A stretch of DNA of 64,000 bases, taken from the NCBI GenBank assembly GCA_030704615.1, contig CM060733.1, positions 39,494,001 through 39,558,000 of the forward strand. Direction: 5' to 3'. Positions 35,822 through 49,907 of this stretch are shown here, piece after piece. How positions within the stretch are numbered: position 1 is the stretch's first letter; every line of letters begins with the position of its first letter. This DNA is from Takakia lepidozioides. Taxonomy: Eukaryota; Plantae; Bryophyta. Under the pieces are notes generated by a model, which saw only the letters and a list, made by a program, of their open reading frames with translations, was not told the origin of the DNA and made no database searches. The position numbers and the translations under genes are program-made.

Positions 35822-36474
35822 TGGGCATGACAAAGGTGGAATTGACAAGTGATCCAAGGTCTAGCTGATGGGAGCTCAACGCCATGGATACTTAATTGAA
35901 GATCATGGATTGCAGGAAGGCGAGTAACGATGGGGCTACTTTTGCACCCGGCCTCTTGATCTATTGACTTTAGATACTGGGACATGTGCGATTGAAGACC
36001 AAGCGATGATTTTATTGAGATGGATACTTGTCAGCTATCCGATGTTAGAGGGACCTAATCACCAGCTAGGGGGGCGATTGTGGCATAGCTTTCTAGGATT
36101 GTGTGCTTAAAATGTATGGTGGACAACGATGTATGTTGTGGCACGATGCTTAGGTGCACGACAGCTGTCATGGTTTTAGTCATGGTTAACTAGAATTACC
36201 TACTTCTAGTTAACTAGGACATTTTGGATATTTATATTTGTATTTTGTGTGTTGGGACTTCATTTGATCTCACATGCCAAGTGAGGTGTCAAACCTCATT
36301 TGGGACATGGGGATGGGTTTTTCCCTTGTGAGTGTTGAGGAGGGCTCATCTTCTTGTAGTTGAGCCTCTATGAGCCTCTCCCACCTCCATAGCTCTAGGT
36401 ATTGAGAGGGAGTGCGGTGAGGGCTTTGTAGGGTGGATTCCTTTAGCAAAGGTGCCCTTGGCTTGACTTAAGAT

Positions 36475-36790
36475 AACATGGATACAATGATATGAATGTG
36501 CTGAATGGGATGAATGGTGACGGCGCAATATGGATGAAATATAGATAGGGTTGAAATGGATGGGATGAATGGTGACGTCAAATATGGATGATAACATGGA
36601 TATGATTCATCTGAATGATGAATGGGATGAAGAGTGACGACAAAATATGGATGAAAGATGGATAGGGTTGAAATGGATGGGATGAATGGGATGAATGGTG
36701 ACGACAAAATATCGGATGATAACATGCATAGGATTCCTATGCATTTCCAGAATGGGATGAATGGTGACGGCCTGGATACGGGATGATAAT
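36475..36790. repeat. Degenerate satellite (GGATGAATGGTGACG core), with an inverted copy at ~37300-37405
   Basis: Read directly from the sequence. Confidence 0.8.
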
Positions 36791-38199
36791 ATGCATAGGG
36801 TTGATATGGATGAAAGGTTTTAGGGTTCCTCTTCTCATTCACGTTGCATTGTATGCATGTCCCTGTTTCCCCCTGTTTCCCCCTGCATGTCCCTGTTTCC
36901 ATGGCTGAAATGCGTGTGAGCAGGCGTCTATCAGCCAGCCTTCGAGGTGGCCACTCTACCACTACGTAGGATGCACATGGAACAATGTAATGTACATGGT
37001 TTCAGGATGTTTGAGGCAAATTATGTCATGTATCCCGGCTATTTTTGCAATGTGGTTGCATGTGCCAAAGTCTGCAAGGCAGTATCCATTGTTGAGGCTT
37101 ATGACAAGCATGGAATTGGGGTATTTGCAACATGACTAGTGTAGAAGTCATGTATGTGGCAATTGCTTCTGATATGTAGGTTGTCGTGCACCTAAGCATC
37201 GTGCCACAACATACATCGCTGTCCACCATACATTCTAAGCACAGATAATGGAAGTGAGCACACAATGGAAACACTCCACTTATAAATCCACTCAATCACA
37301 TAACATCCGTATTCGACGTCACCATTCATTCTATTCATCCCATCCATTCCAACCTTATCCATGTTTCATCCATATTTCGTCGTCACCATTCATCCCATTC
37401 ATCCCGTGAGAAGAAAACTGTGGATGCACTGCATGAAGTGAAGAACTGTTGTGGGCACTCTATAGGGTAAGGGCATCCACCACTGTGTAAGGGCATTCAC
37501 CATTCCACCAGGGTAAGGCCCCGATGTGAAAGATAACAACGCTCAGTACCATCCCATGTTACATACCACTTCTTTTCACTAGACCTAGGAAGATTATGAG
37601 TATGCACTTATAATGAAGGAACACATGAAAGCAAGATTTTCATGAGTTACAACAGATTTGGCCTCCTCAGTTCTGTTTGCAGACTGCCATGTGCCAACCT
37701 ACATACATTGATTGGCTCATTCATAAAACTTTACTTTGTAGAGTGAAAAAATAGAGTGTACATCATAATGCTCACAAATGTTGTAGACAACTTCCTAAAG
37801 GGGCAAAGAAGGCGGCCACCAACACCCTTGACATGAAGGGGATCATGCTACAGTCTCATGTCCCTGCATGGAAGTCCTCTCCCCTCTACTGTGGTCTTTC
37901 TTGTGTGCATTCGCCAGCATGCGGGTCTTGTGGCATAGCCATGGAATACATCCGGGACGGGCTCATCTTTCACGACATAGTATGGTTGGCCATGGCAGAC
38001 GCTCTACACTTCGAGTGAAACAATATGGCATATTTCCCTCTTCTTCATGACAGCCTCATTCACCGGAAACCAATGCTTGTTCAGTTGCAGAAACAAACCT
38101 AGTGGACAAGGGTACCGTTTACTGAAAAGTAATGAGCATGTGATTAAGTGCAAGCCAGTAAGAAAGAGAACAAATGCAGTGAAAAGTGAGGAACGTACC

Positions 38200-38950
38200 G
38201 GCCCAGCACCTCCTGCTCGTGGTTGTACAAATGTTTGATTCAAGTAAATATCTATGTAATGTGCCGTAAAGCAACCACACTCCCAAGTAGAGACCTGTTG
38301 GGGGACAGGGGGATACAACCACAGGCGGGGGGCAATGACGTTCTTCCATTGGAGGCTCGAGGGTAGAAATCCTCTGGAAAGTGCCCAGAAACGTGCAAAC
38401 AAAGGCTTTAGCATATTGTGAGTATGTGACATTTTGACACTATTTAAATGGAGGTACCGCTTCCCTTCCAGAATGACGGCACTCCAGTGCGATCTGCACA
38501 TAACAATTGCAAACAGCGGCATTAGAACATGAATGCACTCATAACACTGAGAATACAACACCGGTGTGTGATATAGGGTAGCATGCAACAGAGTACGTAC
38601 GCATATATAACAGGAATAATCATGGCCTCCACCCCATCACACTGAAGGTAAGGAATGCGTTCTTGCATCCACTGTAGAATAGAACGAGCGCTCGCACCGG
38701 ATTCCTTGTAGTGGTCACGAAGGCATATCCAGGTAAAACTGTCAAGAAGACGTATCTTATTTCTTACATGGACGGGAAGAGACAGTAATTTCATTTGCAA
38801 ATAGAAATCCATGACTCTGTCACTTGTCCACCCCTTGGGGTTAATCAGGAGATCTGCGTCGTCTAGTCTAAGGGCGATATTGGGGCCTACACAGTTCTGG
38901 AAAAACCAGACGTTTGATGTCTGTTTTACTTCTACACCAGCTGATATCCT
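38200..38950 (-). pseudogene. Ulp1/C48 SUMO-protease-like domain (transposon-associated)
   Basis: GWTSDRVMDFY, LLDSF, IIPV, intron, SHWSAVI, HLNS and PQQVSTWECGCF. The catalytic His and Cys are present; the expected Asp is Asn. Confidence 0.75.
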
Positions 38951-40022
38951 GGAGACATACACCATCATGATACATGTCAAACGCATGCACAGTGGCAAGT
39001 AAAGTGCATAATGCAAAAGATTACCACTTGAAATAAGCGAAAATAGGATGATTGTTGACTCACAGCGCTTTTTTCAGCCCTTCATGAAGCCTGCAATGAC
39101 ATACAACATGTTCATGTCAGAAAAAGTATGCCGGCAAAGGGGTTGCCCAAGCAGAGGTAGGATATGTAGAATTGTCAGATGCAAAAAGAGGGCATTCAGT
39201 ACTAACGAGGATGTGTGTAACTGAGGAGGCTCCGACTCCATCTTCTCTTTTGTTGTGTGGACTGTGCGCCATGAAACATGCTCCCATAGTGTCCACCTCA
39301 CTGCCACGGACACCTGTCAATGTTGGCCAAGGCAGAGCTTTGGGTGAAGGAGCTCCGAGGGCGTTCCTTCCTCCAAAACCGAGCAAAGGGTTCGCATACT
39401 GTACAGGGGGTCTGGACGACACCATTTGTGTTACTGCAGGCACCATAACAGGCACAGCGAAGTGTGTGTCAGAAGGATCCCTACTGCCCAAGGGGACGGG
39501 GCTGTTCAAACATGCATGTGTAGCGTTATTGGGCGCATGCACTGCAGGCAAGTGCACCTGTTCAGTCACAACCTCGCTTGAATGCAATTCGATTTCCATT
39601 TGAGTAAGAGCACCTGGTTCACTGGCATTAATGCCAAGGAGGGTAAGGTCTGTAACGGCGGTGTCATGGTTATACAGACGACTGTCATGTACATGTATGG
39701 TCGGGCTTCGCTGCATCATCGGCCCCAATGTGTTCATGTGCAAGCTTCCCTTCCACTCCAGGTGTGGGCTCAGCGTCTTGCAACAGCTCTGTTGGTGACC
39801 CGAACATCGGAGAAGTAGGCATGACTGGACTGTGCAATAATAGGTACATGTATCCTATATCTTCTTCTTTTTTCTTTTTCGTTTTCTTTTTTCTTTTGTG
39901 GGAAAGGGGATGGGTGCCCCGAATTTTATAGCGAATGGACTAAATACCCAAGGGGTACAAAGCAGGTGTTGGTCTGGTATTTGGGTTTTGCCGGGTATCA
40001 ACCTGGGTCTCTCCTTACCTAA

Positions 40023-40860
40023 CCTGTAGCTACGGGGCTGAAGGCGACGCATTCCATAACCCTTTCAGAAAATTTCGCAATGCTTGCACCCGTTAGGATG
40101 CAAGACGCAAACACAACGTGGGTTCTTTGCCATATCCCTAGAACCTGGCAGCTGTCAAGGCCGGCGAGAAATTGCATCCTTGACAAGCGCTCGTTTGTCT
40201 TTCTTGTGGGCAGTAAAAAAGCGTATCATAAGGAAATATGCTCATTTGTTTTTCTCACTTTCATGCACTGGTTTTGAATATGAGGGAGGGCAGAATGTGG
40301 ACGAACTACACGGAGTTGCATAAGTGTCACAATGCTGTGAGCCTCACCCAGCCATGTTCTGCTTCTGTATTTTGGACCAACATGAGCACTTGACCTCGGA
40401 CAATTCTTGTTTTCAATGACATCCAAGCAGGGGATCTTCGTCGACACAAGAGCAGATATGCTCATAACAAAGAGGAATAAAGACAACCTAGGGACGAGGC
40501 CTTGATTGGCATCTGCATTTATGGATTGGAAAGTAAGAACTACTCCCTGCTGGAAATCTCTAGTTGCTAATGGACTAAGCCAGCAACTACCTGAACAGTA
40601 TACTGTTAAACACAAAGGGGTTCATGCCTTCATGGGTTTCCCATCGTGTTGATAGCCACAAACATATATGCAACTGGCTAGTGAAGGCAATCTCTGTATG
40701 TCCTGTAACCAATGCTTTGCACGTGGAGAGGATTCCCCATGAGCCAACCTTCTGGAGGTGAATTAACTCCACAACAACCTGCACAGGATGAGGAAAAAAT
40801 GTCACTCTGTGAAAATAATGCCAGCAGTGGTTCACATGTACTCTTCCAAATTCTCAAAAC
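40023..40860. repeat. Copy B of the duplication, including a truncated RsmH 5' coding piece (~40023-40177, minus strand)
   Basis: [22 protein letters not shown]...ECVAFSPVATG followed by a stop at the junction. Lacks about 200 bp present in copy A. Confidence 0.92.
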
Positions 40861-41672
40861 ACCATCTCATGGCCGGAAGGTGGTTGCACCTGGAGGAAGA
40901 ATGACTAAATCTTATGTTCAAATCATCTTGTTTGAAGCCAACTTTTGTCTGGTGTTCCCCTCCCCCACTGTGACTACTCAATCTAGACAATTGTGGAGGC
41001 TTCTGTTCCTGCTGCCAAGACAGCCAAACATGTCTCTCTGAACTTTCTATCTCCCTGTCCCATTGGCTCCACCCTGAAAGATCCAATTTGCACTCCTCAT
41101 TCAATGTTCCCTGTTTGATTAGCTGTGACCTACTCTTGAAGGCATACACACTGGCAGGACATGAACACTCTGGGAGCCGGCTGTGACATGTCAAAGCCAG
41201 CTCAGAGTCCACAGAAGCAGAGAGGACCTTATGGGACTACCCTATGTAACAAACAACAACAGGGAAAAAAGGTAAAGATATACAGGAGGCCCAAAGGACA
41301 GAAAGGTAGGAAGAAACTTCCTACCTAGGAATTTCCCCTTTCCTCTATCTTCCTTTTAAAAGAAGAACGAAGACAAAACGTCTGACCACTACTTGATTCC
41401 TTGGATTCCAATACCAGGCAATTCTTAAGTAATCATCAAAACCTTTACAAAACAGTAGCTAAGGAACAAAGAAGCCAAGTCCGTGATCAACAATGTTTGT
41501 TTGGGGTCCTTTTCCTTCCAAGACCCCAGAAAAAAAAATTCACCTTCATGTTAGTTGAGAGAGAAGAGCCTGGTCGTGCAGACAGCTGGAAGAAGAGTTC
41601 CTGTCAACATTGTCCATTGTGCTCTACTGCGAACGAATCCCATCTACACAAAGTAGACATTTACTTCGATTT

Positions 41673-44600
41673 TCACAAATGGTTCTGTGTCAGCTTAATC
41701 TCTGGCAACTTTAGCAAGGGCTTCAACTGCTCCATTACGTCTGCAAATGATGGTCGTAGTCTTACATCACTGCACACAGTTCATACACCAGCAATGAAAT
41801 GAGCATGTGTCCACTACCAATAGCATAGTAGCCAGGTAGGCCCATCCGCAAGATATCCAACATATCAAGGGCACCAGCCTTTCAAGGTCTGGGTGAATCC
41901 AGGCTGAGATATCTAGGGCTTGGGATACAATGGCCACCTCTAGAGATCCCCACTCTTACCATGTAAGAGAGTTACACTCACACAGATAGCCTAGGCAAAT
42001 GATCATTGTGGGTGCCACCGGGCCAACCCACCTTCCCTCAAAACCCGCCACCCACCACCCAGCCGATAGTAGGGTAGCATTCCCAGCACCAGTCGGGACA
42101 ACCACCCTGTCAGAAGGAGGAACTTCCTTGACCCTGACGCTAAAGAATTCTCACCTTCATTGCTTCAAGTTAGACTAAGATCAATAACCTTACATGGCGG
42201 GAACGGATTTGCAATGACAGTACAGAACATCCCCAGAGGGAAAAATCCTTTCTAGTTTCTCACCAAGGGTTCTAAAGCAGTTCCCAAGCACAATACTGGA
42301 GGGACTCCAGTCCTACAAAGCAAACAGAGCAACCATAGTAGATCCATACTTGGTCCATAGTGGTATAGACCTCTCACAGGAACAACTAGCCCATGGCAAC
42401 AAGAAGATGGCAGGAAAAGAAGCTCACTGCCTCAACAGGGACTGCGGCATAGCAAGGAGCTGAAGTGAAGTTATCTCACAGCGGCATCATACAATGCAGG
42501 CACAGCACTTGCCCAATACCAAGACGCTCCCATAACCGTCATTCTACCTACTAGCTACTATCTGTGCTGGCGACCTGGCGACCTGGTGGCTTATGCATGC
42601 TGCATCCTCTTAAAGGTCAGCTGGGTTTTTAGGGTAAGCAGGGTGGCAAGTGGTTTGCAACCCACATGTGCTTTTGGGCAAGAGAGAGAGAGAGACATAC
42701 TTCGACCAACAAGACTCAATCATCACAGCCAACTCAGAATTGAGATCCTTCGGAATTTGGAGTCGCCTGTTTTGAAATCCTACTGCACCCACAACCTGTG
42801 ACAAATAACTGGCAAGTTTAAATCTCTTGTTTTAGCTCTCACTGTCATAATTTTCAATAGCCAAAATAGATATCCAGTTACTTTCCAGGATCGTTCCAGT
42901 GATGGTACCATCACAGCTCTAATTATAAGCCAAAACAGAAACGAATGACAAAGCTGGAACCTCCAGTATGTAAACTGTCATTGCTCTTGAAGGGGGCCAC
43001 CAGATATCCAAGGCAGGGCATGATATTGCTGAATGTAAGATGAGGTGATCTACAGAGTGATCTGAAATTTCAGTGCCAATGCAGTGAGTGACCTTGCAAC
43101 TACATGGAGAGACCACTCAACTCTGAAAAGAAACTGCTCTGAGCTAAGAAGTTTCAATATCCAAAACAACATGGAAAGACCAACCCCATTCGGTTGCTAG
43201 CCATGGTTAGGGAAAAGGTGCCAAGAAAACCCACCTGCACAGGGCTCAGGCCAATCCAGGGCTTCTGAAGGGTAATAAGCTCCCACAGCACTACCCCAAA
43301 ACTGTAGATATCTGCCTTTTCGTTGCATGGCTCATCACGTAGAACTTCAGGTGCCATCCATTCGGGCTACAAAAAGTCACCAGGTGCACATATCAAATGG
43401 GAGTCTTCCAGTTGGAACTCGTTCTCAATTATGCAACAATTTTGGTATCAAATTAAACCTAAGGACAGGGGTTTGTTCAATCCTGCATAACAGGGGGGTT
43501 GCTGCACAAGTTCTATAGGTGTAATCTCCAGTCCAGTCTCACTACAATTTTGAAGTTTTGCAGATCTTCTTGTAGATAAGATTGTCAGACACAGTTACTT
43601 TGATTGATGAGATTCAACCACCTGGAACGGAAGGTTCTTGAAATATTTACACCTTACAAAAGATTTACTGAAAATCAATTAGAGTGGCAAAGAGCAGCAA
43701 GCAGGATGACATCTCAGCCAATCCAGAGCTTATCCAAGTCACAAATTCATATGAACCACCTAAGAAGTCCAGAGTAAAACTATCTACTTTCCAGAGCTTT
43801 ACCGTGCCAGCGCCTGATCGCGAGGAAAGGAATGTGTTGCCTTTCAATCTTGACAGACCAAAGTCACAAACCTGCAAGACAATATACAATCATTAGGTAC
43901 CTAGATAACTACCCAACAGAGAGGGGGGCCTTCCCCACAGTGTCTACACCCTACTATTGCATCCTATTCAAATGATATAGCCTTCCAAGAAACTCCAAAA
44001 CGACCATAAAACATGACACATTAAGTCACTGAACGAATATCCAACAAAACTATACGAATTGTATGCTATACAAGTACTACAGACATGAACAATCTGCAAA
44101 AAAATGAGTGTCATAGACAAACAAGTGGTACTATTCTTAAATGGGTTCAGGGAAGTTGTGCATAAAGACTCCTCATAACACGTAAACCAACCTTCACGGT
44201 CCAGGCCTTGTCAACAAGCAGGTTTGGGGACTTCAGGTCTCGATGCACAATCGGCGGATTGCTTCGGTGTAGATAATTCATTCCCTTGGCCTGGAAACAT
44301 CAATGATTTAGGAGCCTTGAGACAAGATCAAGTGATATTACCATACCTCTCAGATAGAATATCTTACACGTGTAAGGCTTGTAGCTCCCAAAGGAAGCCT
44401 TAGAAAATGTGGATATGTTACTTGACACAGAGATAGAGGCTAATTTGCACAATTATCAGCCAATTGATAACTTATCGTGAAGCCTAAAAATACATCATTA
44501 ACAATGATATGACAGAAACCTGTTAGGCAGTGATACTGCACATTTCCCAAGGAAGTTGTTGCGATACTGCACCACTAATTGCTTAAGGGACCAACCAAAG

Positions 44601-47600
44601 GAAATCGATTGTTGTTTCTAGATCAAGGATCTTCATGGAATAGAGGAAGACATACCACATCAAGAGCCATACGAATTCGACGTCTTATATCCAGCACCTT
44701 TCTTGCTCCTGATCTATGTAGCAGATTGAACAAGCTGCCCCTGAGAGCCACACAAGTAGACAGGACTAGACTTATCAGTTAAGTAAAGGTCCCATTAGTT
44801 AGTGGATAAGCTGACAACAAGAGCCTCACACCATACAAATCAGTTCCAAATGCATATGAAGCTTACCTACAGAAAGAAAGCATTAGGGCAACTGGACAAC
44901 AGACATCGTAGACCTGCCGCCTAGACATATCATATGTGCAAGGGGAATATAGCACTATCACATTCCTAAGTCTTAGTTATAGTGAAAGTGCATCCAAAGT
45001 GATTCCAAATTCTGAACCTCAGGCAAAAATAGACAAACAATTTATGTCGACCTCCAAGAACCAAGTAGGAAAAGACGTGGAGGAAGAGAGAGCAGACTTG
45101 GCCAAGTACTCGGTGACAATTGCAAGATTTGGGTGGGTGACAGCACCCATGAACAGAACCACATTCGGATGCCGAAGCCGTTTCATAATTGCAATCTTCA
45201 CATCCGACACACAACTTTGCATATGAAATTTTCACTTTCCTTTCCCTTTGTGTAAGAGTAAGTTGCCCAAAGATCCTTGACTTCAACACAGCTAAGCACT
45301 GTCTATGCAACCAGCACAACTTCTACATGGCCAACAGATCGAGATATCTGAATTCTATTCATATCTGGGAAGGATGATCCAAGCACTCTGCATCCTGTTT
45401 TATGCACACCCTTGCCCATCCAATCCCACTGGCACAGAATCAGAACATTAGGAACAAGTATGTTATTGGAGCTTTGAAATAGAAGCACAAGAGTAGATTA
45501 TGAGGATGTCAAAACTGCTGCCCACCTCTCTCATGAATTCCCTCAGCTGCTCATCAGGAACCTCTTGCTCCATTATAATCTTCACAGCAACGTCCTGCAA
45601 AGACCATCCACTGTTAGCCACTCAGACCTGCCTCGACCTGGTACAAATAGCAACATCGAAGACATACAGAAGCTAGAGCAGTTATAGTTTCTGTGGAGGG
45701 TACAAATCCCAGACGAAGAGGAGGGGTCTCGCAGACAAAGCAGAGCAGACTCTAATGGCATATATACGGCAGGACACAGCTGTCAATTGCCATAATTAGA
45801 CTGTCTCTGCATTCCTTCCAAAGTTCAGCTGCTAAATAGCCATCAAATGGCATGTTTGTTGTTGGAATCGCAAATGCAGGCCTGCTAGCACTAAGGGCCA
45901 TGGGAGGACAAGGGCTGACAGTGGCCTCCATCTGAAAGTTCCTTCAGCATCAAAATACTCCAATATTTTATATGCTGTGTCATAAGAGACACTTACCGAG
46001 TCCATCCAGTCTGCACGATGCACAATACCAAAGGAGCCTGCATCAAGAGTGTAACAAAGTTTCCCACATACCAAACATGAGTAGCTCAAACAAAGACGTG
46101 CGAAAAGAAGAATTTTTCAGTCACAGGAAGTCCAGAAAGAGAGATATACAGGAAAAGAAGAGTGAACTTTAAGAAATACATCAAATACTTGGTTTAGGGA
46201 CAACCCCTTCGCGACATTTCAAATAAAGCAGATCCTTTAGTTCTTGAGTACATTCCACAAAACTGAATATGTTGGTTTACATACAATACCTGCCCCAATT
46301 CTTTCTCCCAAGATGATGTCTTCCCAGTGAATCTCCCACTCCTCCTCAATTGCCACTGGTTCAGTACTTCCCTTGCTTGACTGTGTCAAAGTATTGCTGC
46401 CACTATCAAGGTGATCCTCAGTGCCCTCTGCAGTGTACACAGGTCTAGCTACCAACCATTGGTTCACTCTATGCTCTTCCCATGGAAATTCCCAATCATC
46501 TGATGGCAATGCCCTTTGCAGGATACGCACCTTACTTAAGTTCCCACCTGTCTCTATCAACTGTTCTTTCAGGCGCCCCTCTCCATCCACCCCCCCACTA
46601 AACACTTTTCCGCTGTCAAGTGAGTTTGGCTCCAGAAGAGGTGATTGTGCCCTACCACCAATTCCCTTGCGTTCAAAACCAGACGAGAAAGTAACATCCT
46701 TCGCCAATTCATGTTCATCAATCCGGCTGGGCCTTACATATTCCTTCATAGCCAGCCCTCGATTTTGGGACACAAACTTTGTGGCTCTGTCTGTTGCTAA
46801 TACCTTATTCTCAACCATTGACTGAGAATTATCGCCCTCCACATCATTACTTTGGGAATCCTTAGCATTCAGATCATCGCTGCTTGCCAAGGTTGCAGGA
46901 GTAGCAAAGGGACTTCTAAGAATGGATTGCCATGTTTGCTCCCCAGATGAGGAAATACTTAGTTCAGCTGCTGAACCTGTTTGAGGGGGAGTTTGAATTG
47001 GCTGCAACCACTGTCTAGTCCTCTCAGCAGCCTTCTTCCGTGCAACTGCACAATGCACAAAACATTAGCAAAGAATACAAGTATGAGAGATACAGCAATA
47101 TATCTTCAAGTCAATGTTTATTTAGCATGATGTGTCCAATATCCGAAGTCTTGCCCTTGTGTGGCCAACCTGACGGGTTATATCCAATGTCTGATTCATT
47201 GCGCTGGGTACTCTCGCCAGAGAGGCACACTGACCAATTCCTACAAGGGATTTGTTTCTATACATCTGTTTAGCAACTTTGAAAATGTAGAGGCTTTGAC
47301 TTGGGTGCCCAGGCCCTTTGCGGGCCGTTCAGAAACCCACACCCGCCGAGGATGTTTTGCACGTAAGACAGAGTCAGCATAAGCCACAGTTCCCTGTGAG
47401 TATTTACCATCCTCAAATTGAGAGTCCATATGTATTGACTCCGAAGAGCCTAGAGCCACAGCTGAAGTTCTGCTCGAGTACTTCTCATTGTCAGCAGCAG
47501 GAACAGGGTTTTGATCCAGAAACCGCAGAGGTGATGAGATCAAGTGAGCCATGGGGCTGGTCAAATAAGTATCTGGCTCACACAGGGCTCCCGGCTCGGA

Positions 47601-49907
47601 GATTAGATTGACCAAATACTCCCTGCATTGTCCAATCGTTCAGTCAGCACAACATATTTTCATCACTTTGGCTCCAAGTGGTGCTCACGTGAAATCCATG
47701 CTGTATTACAGAATGGAAGTTCAACCCTGTCTCAAGCAAACAATGCATAGAACTTCATTGAACGACTTACTTGTCAGTGCCACAAAGAACCAGGCAGGAA
47801 GCACCGTCATCCAAGCTGCAAAATTTACATCCGCGAGCAACCCGACATGGCAGACGTATGTTGTCTGCCAAGGCCTACGGCATCCACACAAATTTTTTCT
47901 CAGAGAATATATCATAAAACAAAGCAGTGCAAGTGTCACACTGCTGTTTGTTTCTTACCTGTGGCAGTCAAGTAACTGTCACCCACCTTGAACAAGAGAG
48001 CTCGGTGCCGGCAAAGACCTACAGAGAGACTTCCAATGGGAATAACAACACTCCGGAGACAATCTTTCAGATACTGGCTGCTCGACTGCCAGCGGTCCAT
48101 CAAATCCCCGTGCTCAATAGGAGCTGCCCCCCTTCAGTATCCACATGGCAGCAACACAAGACACCACTGCTGGTTTAGTTCCATACTCATGCTCTGGTGC
48201 AATCCTTTAAGTGAACGGCAGTGATTTTTTCTTCAAAAACAAAACCCTACTCATCAAAGCAGCAATTTTCTTTCGACATAATTCAAGTTTTATGCTTTAG
48301 GCGCTCTCAACACTGGCATACACAACTCTGAAACCCCTTAGCACTGTACTCATCACAAACTACAAGGCATACCCACAGCAACTTCTCTTGATACAGATAT
48401 GATACCCTTGAGCGGCTGCTTTCCAAGGCTACCAAAACATTTTTGAGTCGTTAGGTGCTACAAGTGACACATATACTGGAACAATTAGAACTAACCCACC
48501 CTGGAACCATAGAGAGGCACAATGTCTTCTACCGATCATCAAGACGCACCGGAGCGATAGAGAGACACAAGGACAATGAAAGGGTTGACAAGAAAAAAGG
48601 ACGACAACAGTCAGGAAACTCACCCCATTAGCATGCTCACACACTTGCCAAGCTGTCCTGCAAGATGCCGAGGGTCGGCCAACCCAGAGGCCAGACTGAG
48701 GGCCTTATCTTCCAGCTCACGCAGGTGTGCATCCCCATTTTTGTCTACCAGTACTACCTCAAAAGTAACATCTGCTGGATCTACAGCCCGGAGAGATTCC
48801 AACGAGGGCATATGGCCACTCTCATCTGATTGATTGCACATATCCCACACATGGGGATTCATGCCCCACACTTGGTAGAACCCATCTTGCACTTTGTCAT
48901 TGTAGCCCAAACTTCCATTCACCTGCAAGGCATTTAGTTAACCAGGACAAGTTCAACCCACTTAGCTTTCTGAATTGTCTGCAATTCCTGAGAGCAAGCT
49001 CATGATGACATGTCTCACTCAGACAGACACGAGAGATAAGTGTGCTGAGGAAATGAGATGAAGACGAGGTAGACAGGCAGAAAAAGTCTGGATTGTCCAG
49101 GTGCGCGGGATGCACAAAAACTCCAAGAGAAACACATAATGGAGCACCACACTGGGAAAGAGTTAGCCGTACCCAATAGCGATGAGCTGTGGCTTCTACA
49201 GAACTTCGAGCAGCTGAGCAAAGTGAAGTTTGTCCATCCTTGAAATGTGAGCCAAGCAAACGGGGCTCGTCTGTCAGTTCAGCTTGTGTCATCATGCGCA
49301 GGGCCAATGCCTTCTGCAAGTTGTAGCTTTGCTCCGTCTGCTGTGCCCAAGACTTGGGGGCATCATTGCTCCGACCACTTTCCCCACCTCCATCACCTCC
49401 ATCCTGCTTTGTTACTTCCGCAGCATATAGAGAGTTTAAAAAGGTGGAATCACTAGGAATGTTAAGTGACTGGTTGGGAGAGGGCCCAGGGAAGTCACTG
49501 GAGAGAATGCTGTCTGTGCAGCTACCACCACTTGACTGCCGCAATAACAGAGATGATGAAGGGCCAAAAATGCCATTCCCGCCACTGCTGCTAGTCCTAT
49601 CTAACTTATCATGTGCTGCCTTAGCAGAGGAATTTTGCTCAGCAGGTGTGTAAGAGCTTGGCTCAGAGGAAACAGACGACTGCCTCTCCAAAGTCTGTGG
49701 GCTCTGGTCAGATGATAAATCATAGCATTTCTCTGTAACAAACAGACCGCAATCTAGATTGTTTCTATCATGGCGGTCATTCTGGGCACATCCGGTCTCT
49801 GCCAATACATCCGGAGCTTTATCTCCATAAACATAGTCAGAGCTACGCGTTGACGGAGGATAAACAACTTTTCTTTTATCCCGACTGAGGTACTCTCCAC
49901 CTGGCAT
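41673..49907 (-). CDS. CTR1: CTR1-like Raf MAPKKK (EDR1/CN domain + kinase), about 15 exons
   Basis: [110 protein letters not shown] and RPSF. The exon junctions I checked are GT-AG and in phase. Confidence 0.9.

Larger units (their letters stand above)
28750..36250 (+). mobile_element. Ty3/Gypsy retrotransposon with a DNMT relic and PHD finger; internally inverted, LTRs incomplete
   Basis: Probable 5' LTR end TGCAACA at 29263. Gag start on +, inverted gag-PR-RT block at ~29640-33575, then RH-INT-PHD on +. Polypurine tract AGGGGGG at 36068 followed by TG at 36079. Confidence 0.88.
17830..40022 (+). mobile_element. Putative large Ulp1-carrying MULE hosting nested insertions; boundaries approximate
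   Basis: A + strand transposase converges on a - strand Ulp1-like gene. No matching TIR pair or TSD was identified. Confidence 0.45.

Noticed and set aside
41850-41985. TRIM/Copia remnant in a CTR1 intron (CTTACA-TGGTAAGAG, PBS-like, minus strand)
   Set aside because: The PBS is degenerate and no second LTR could be matched.
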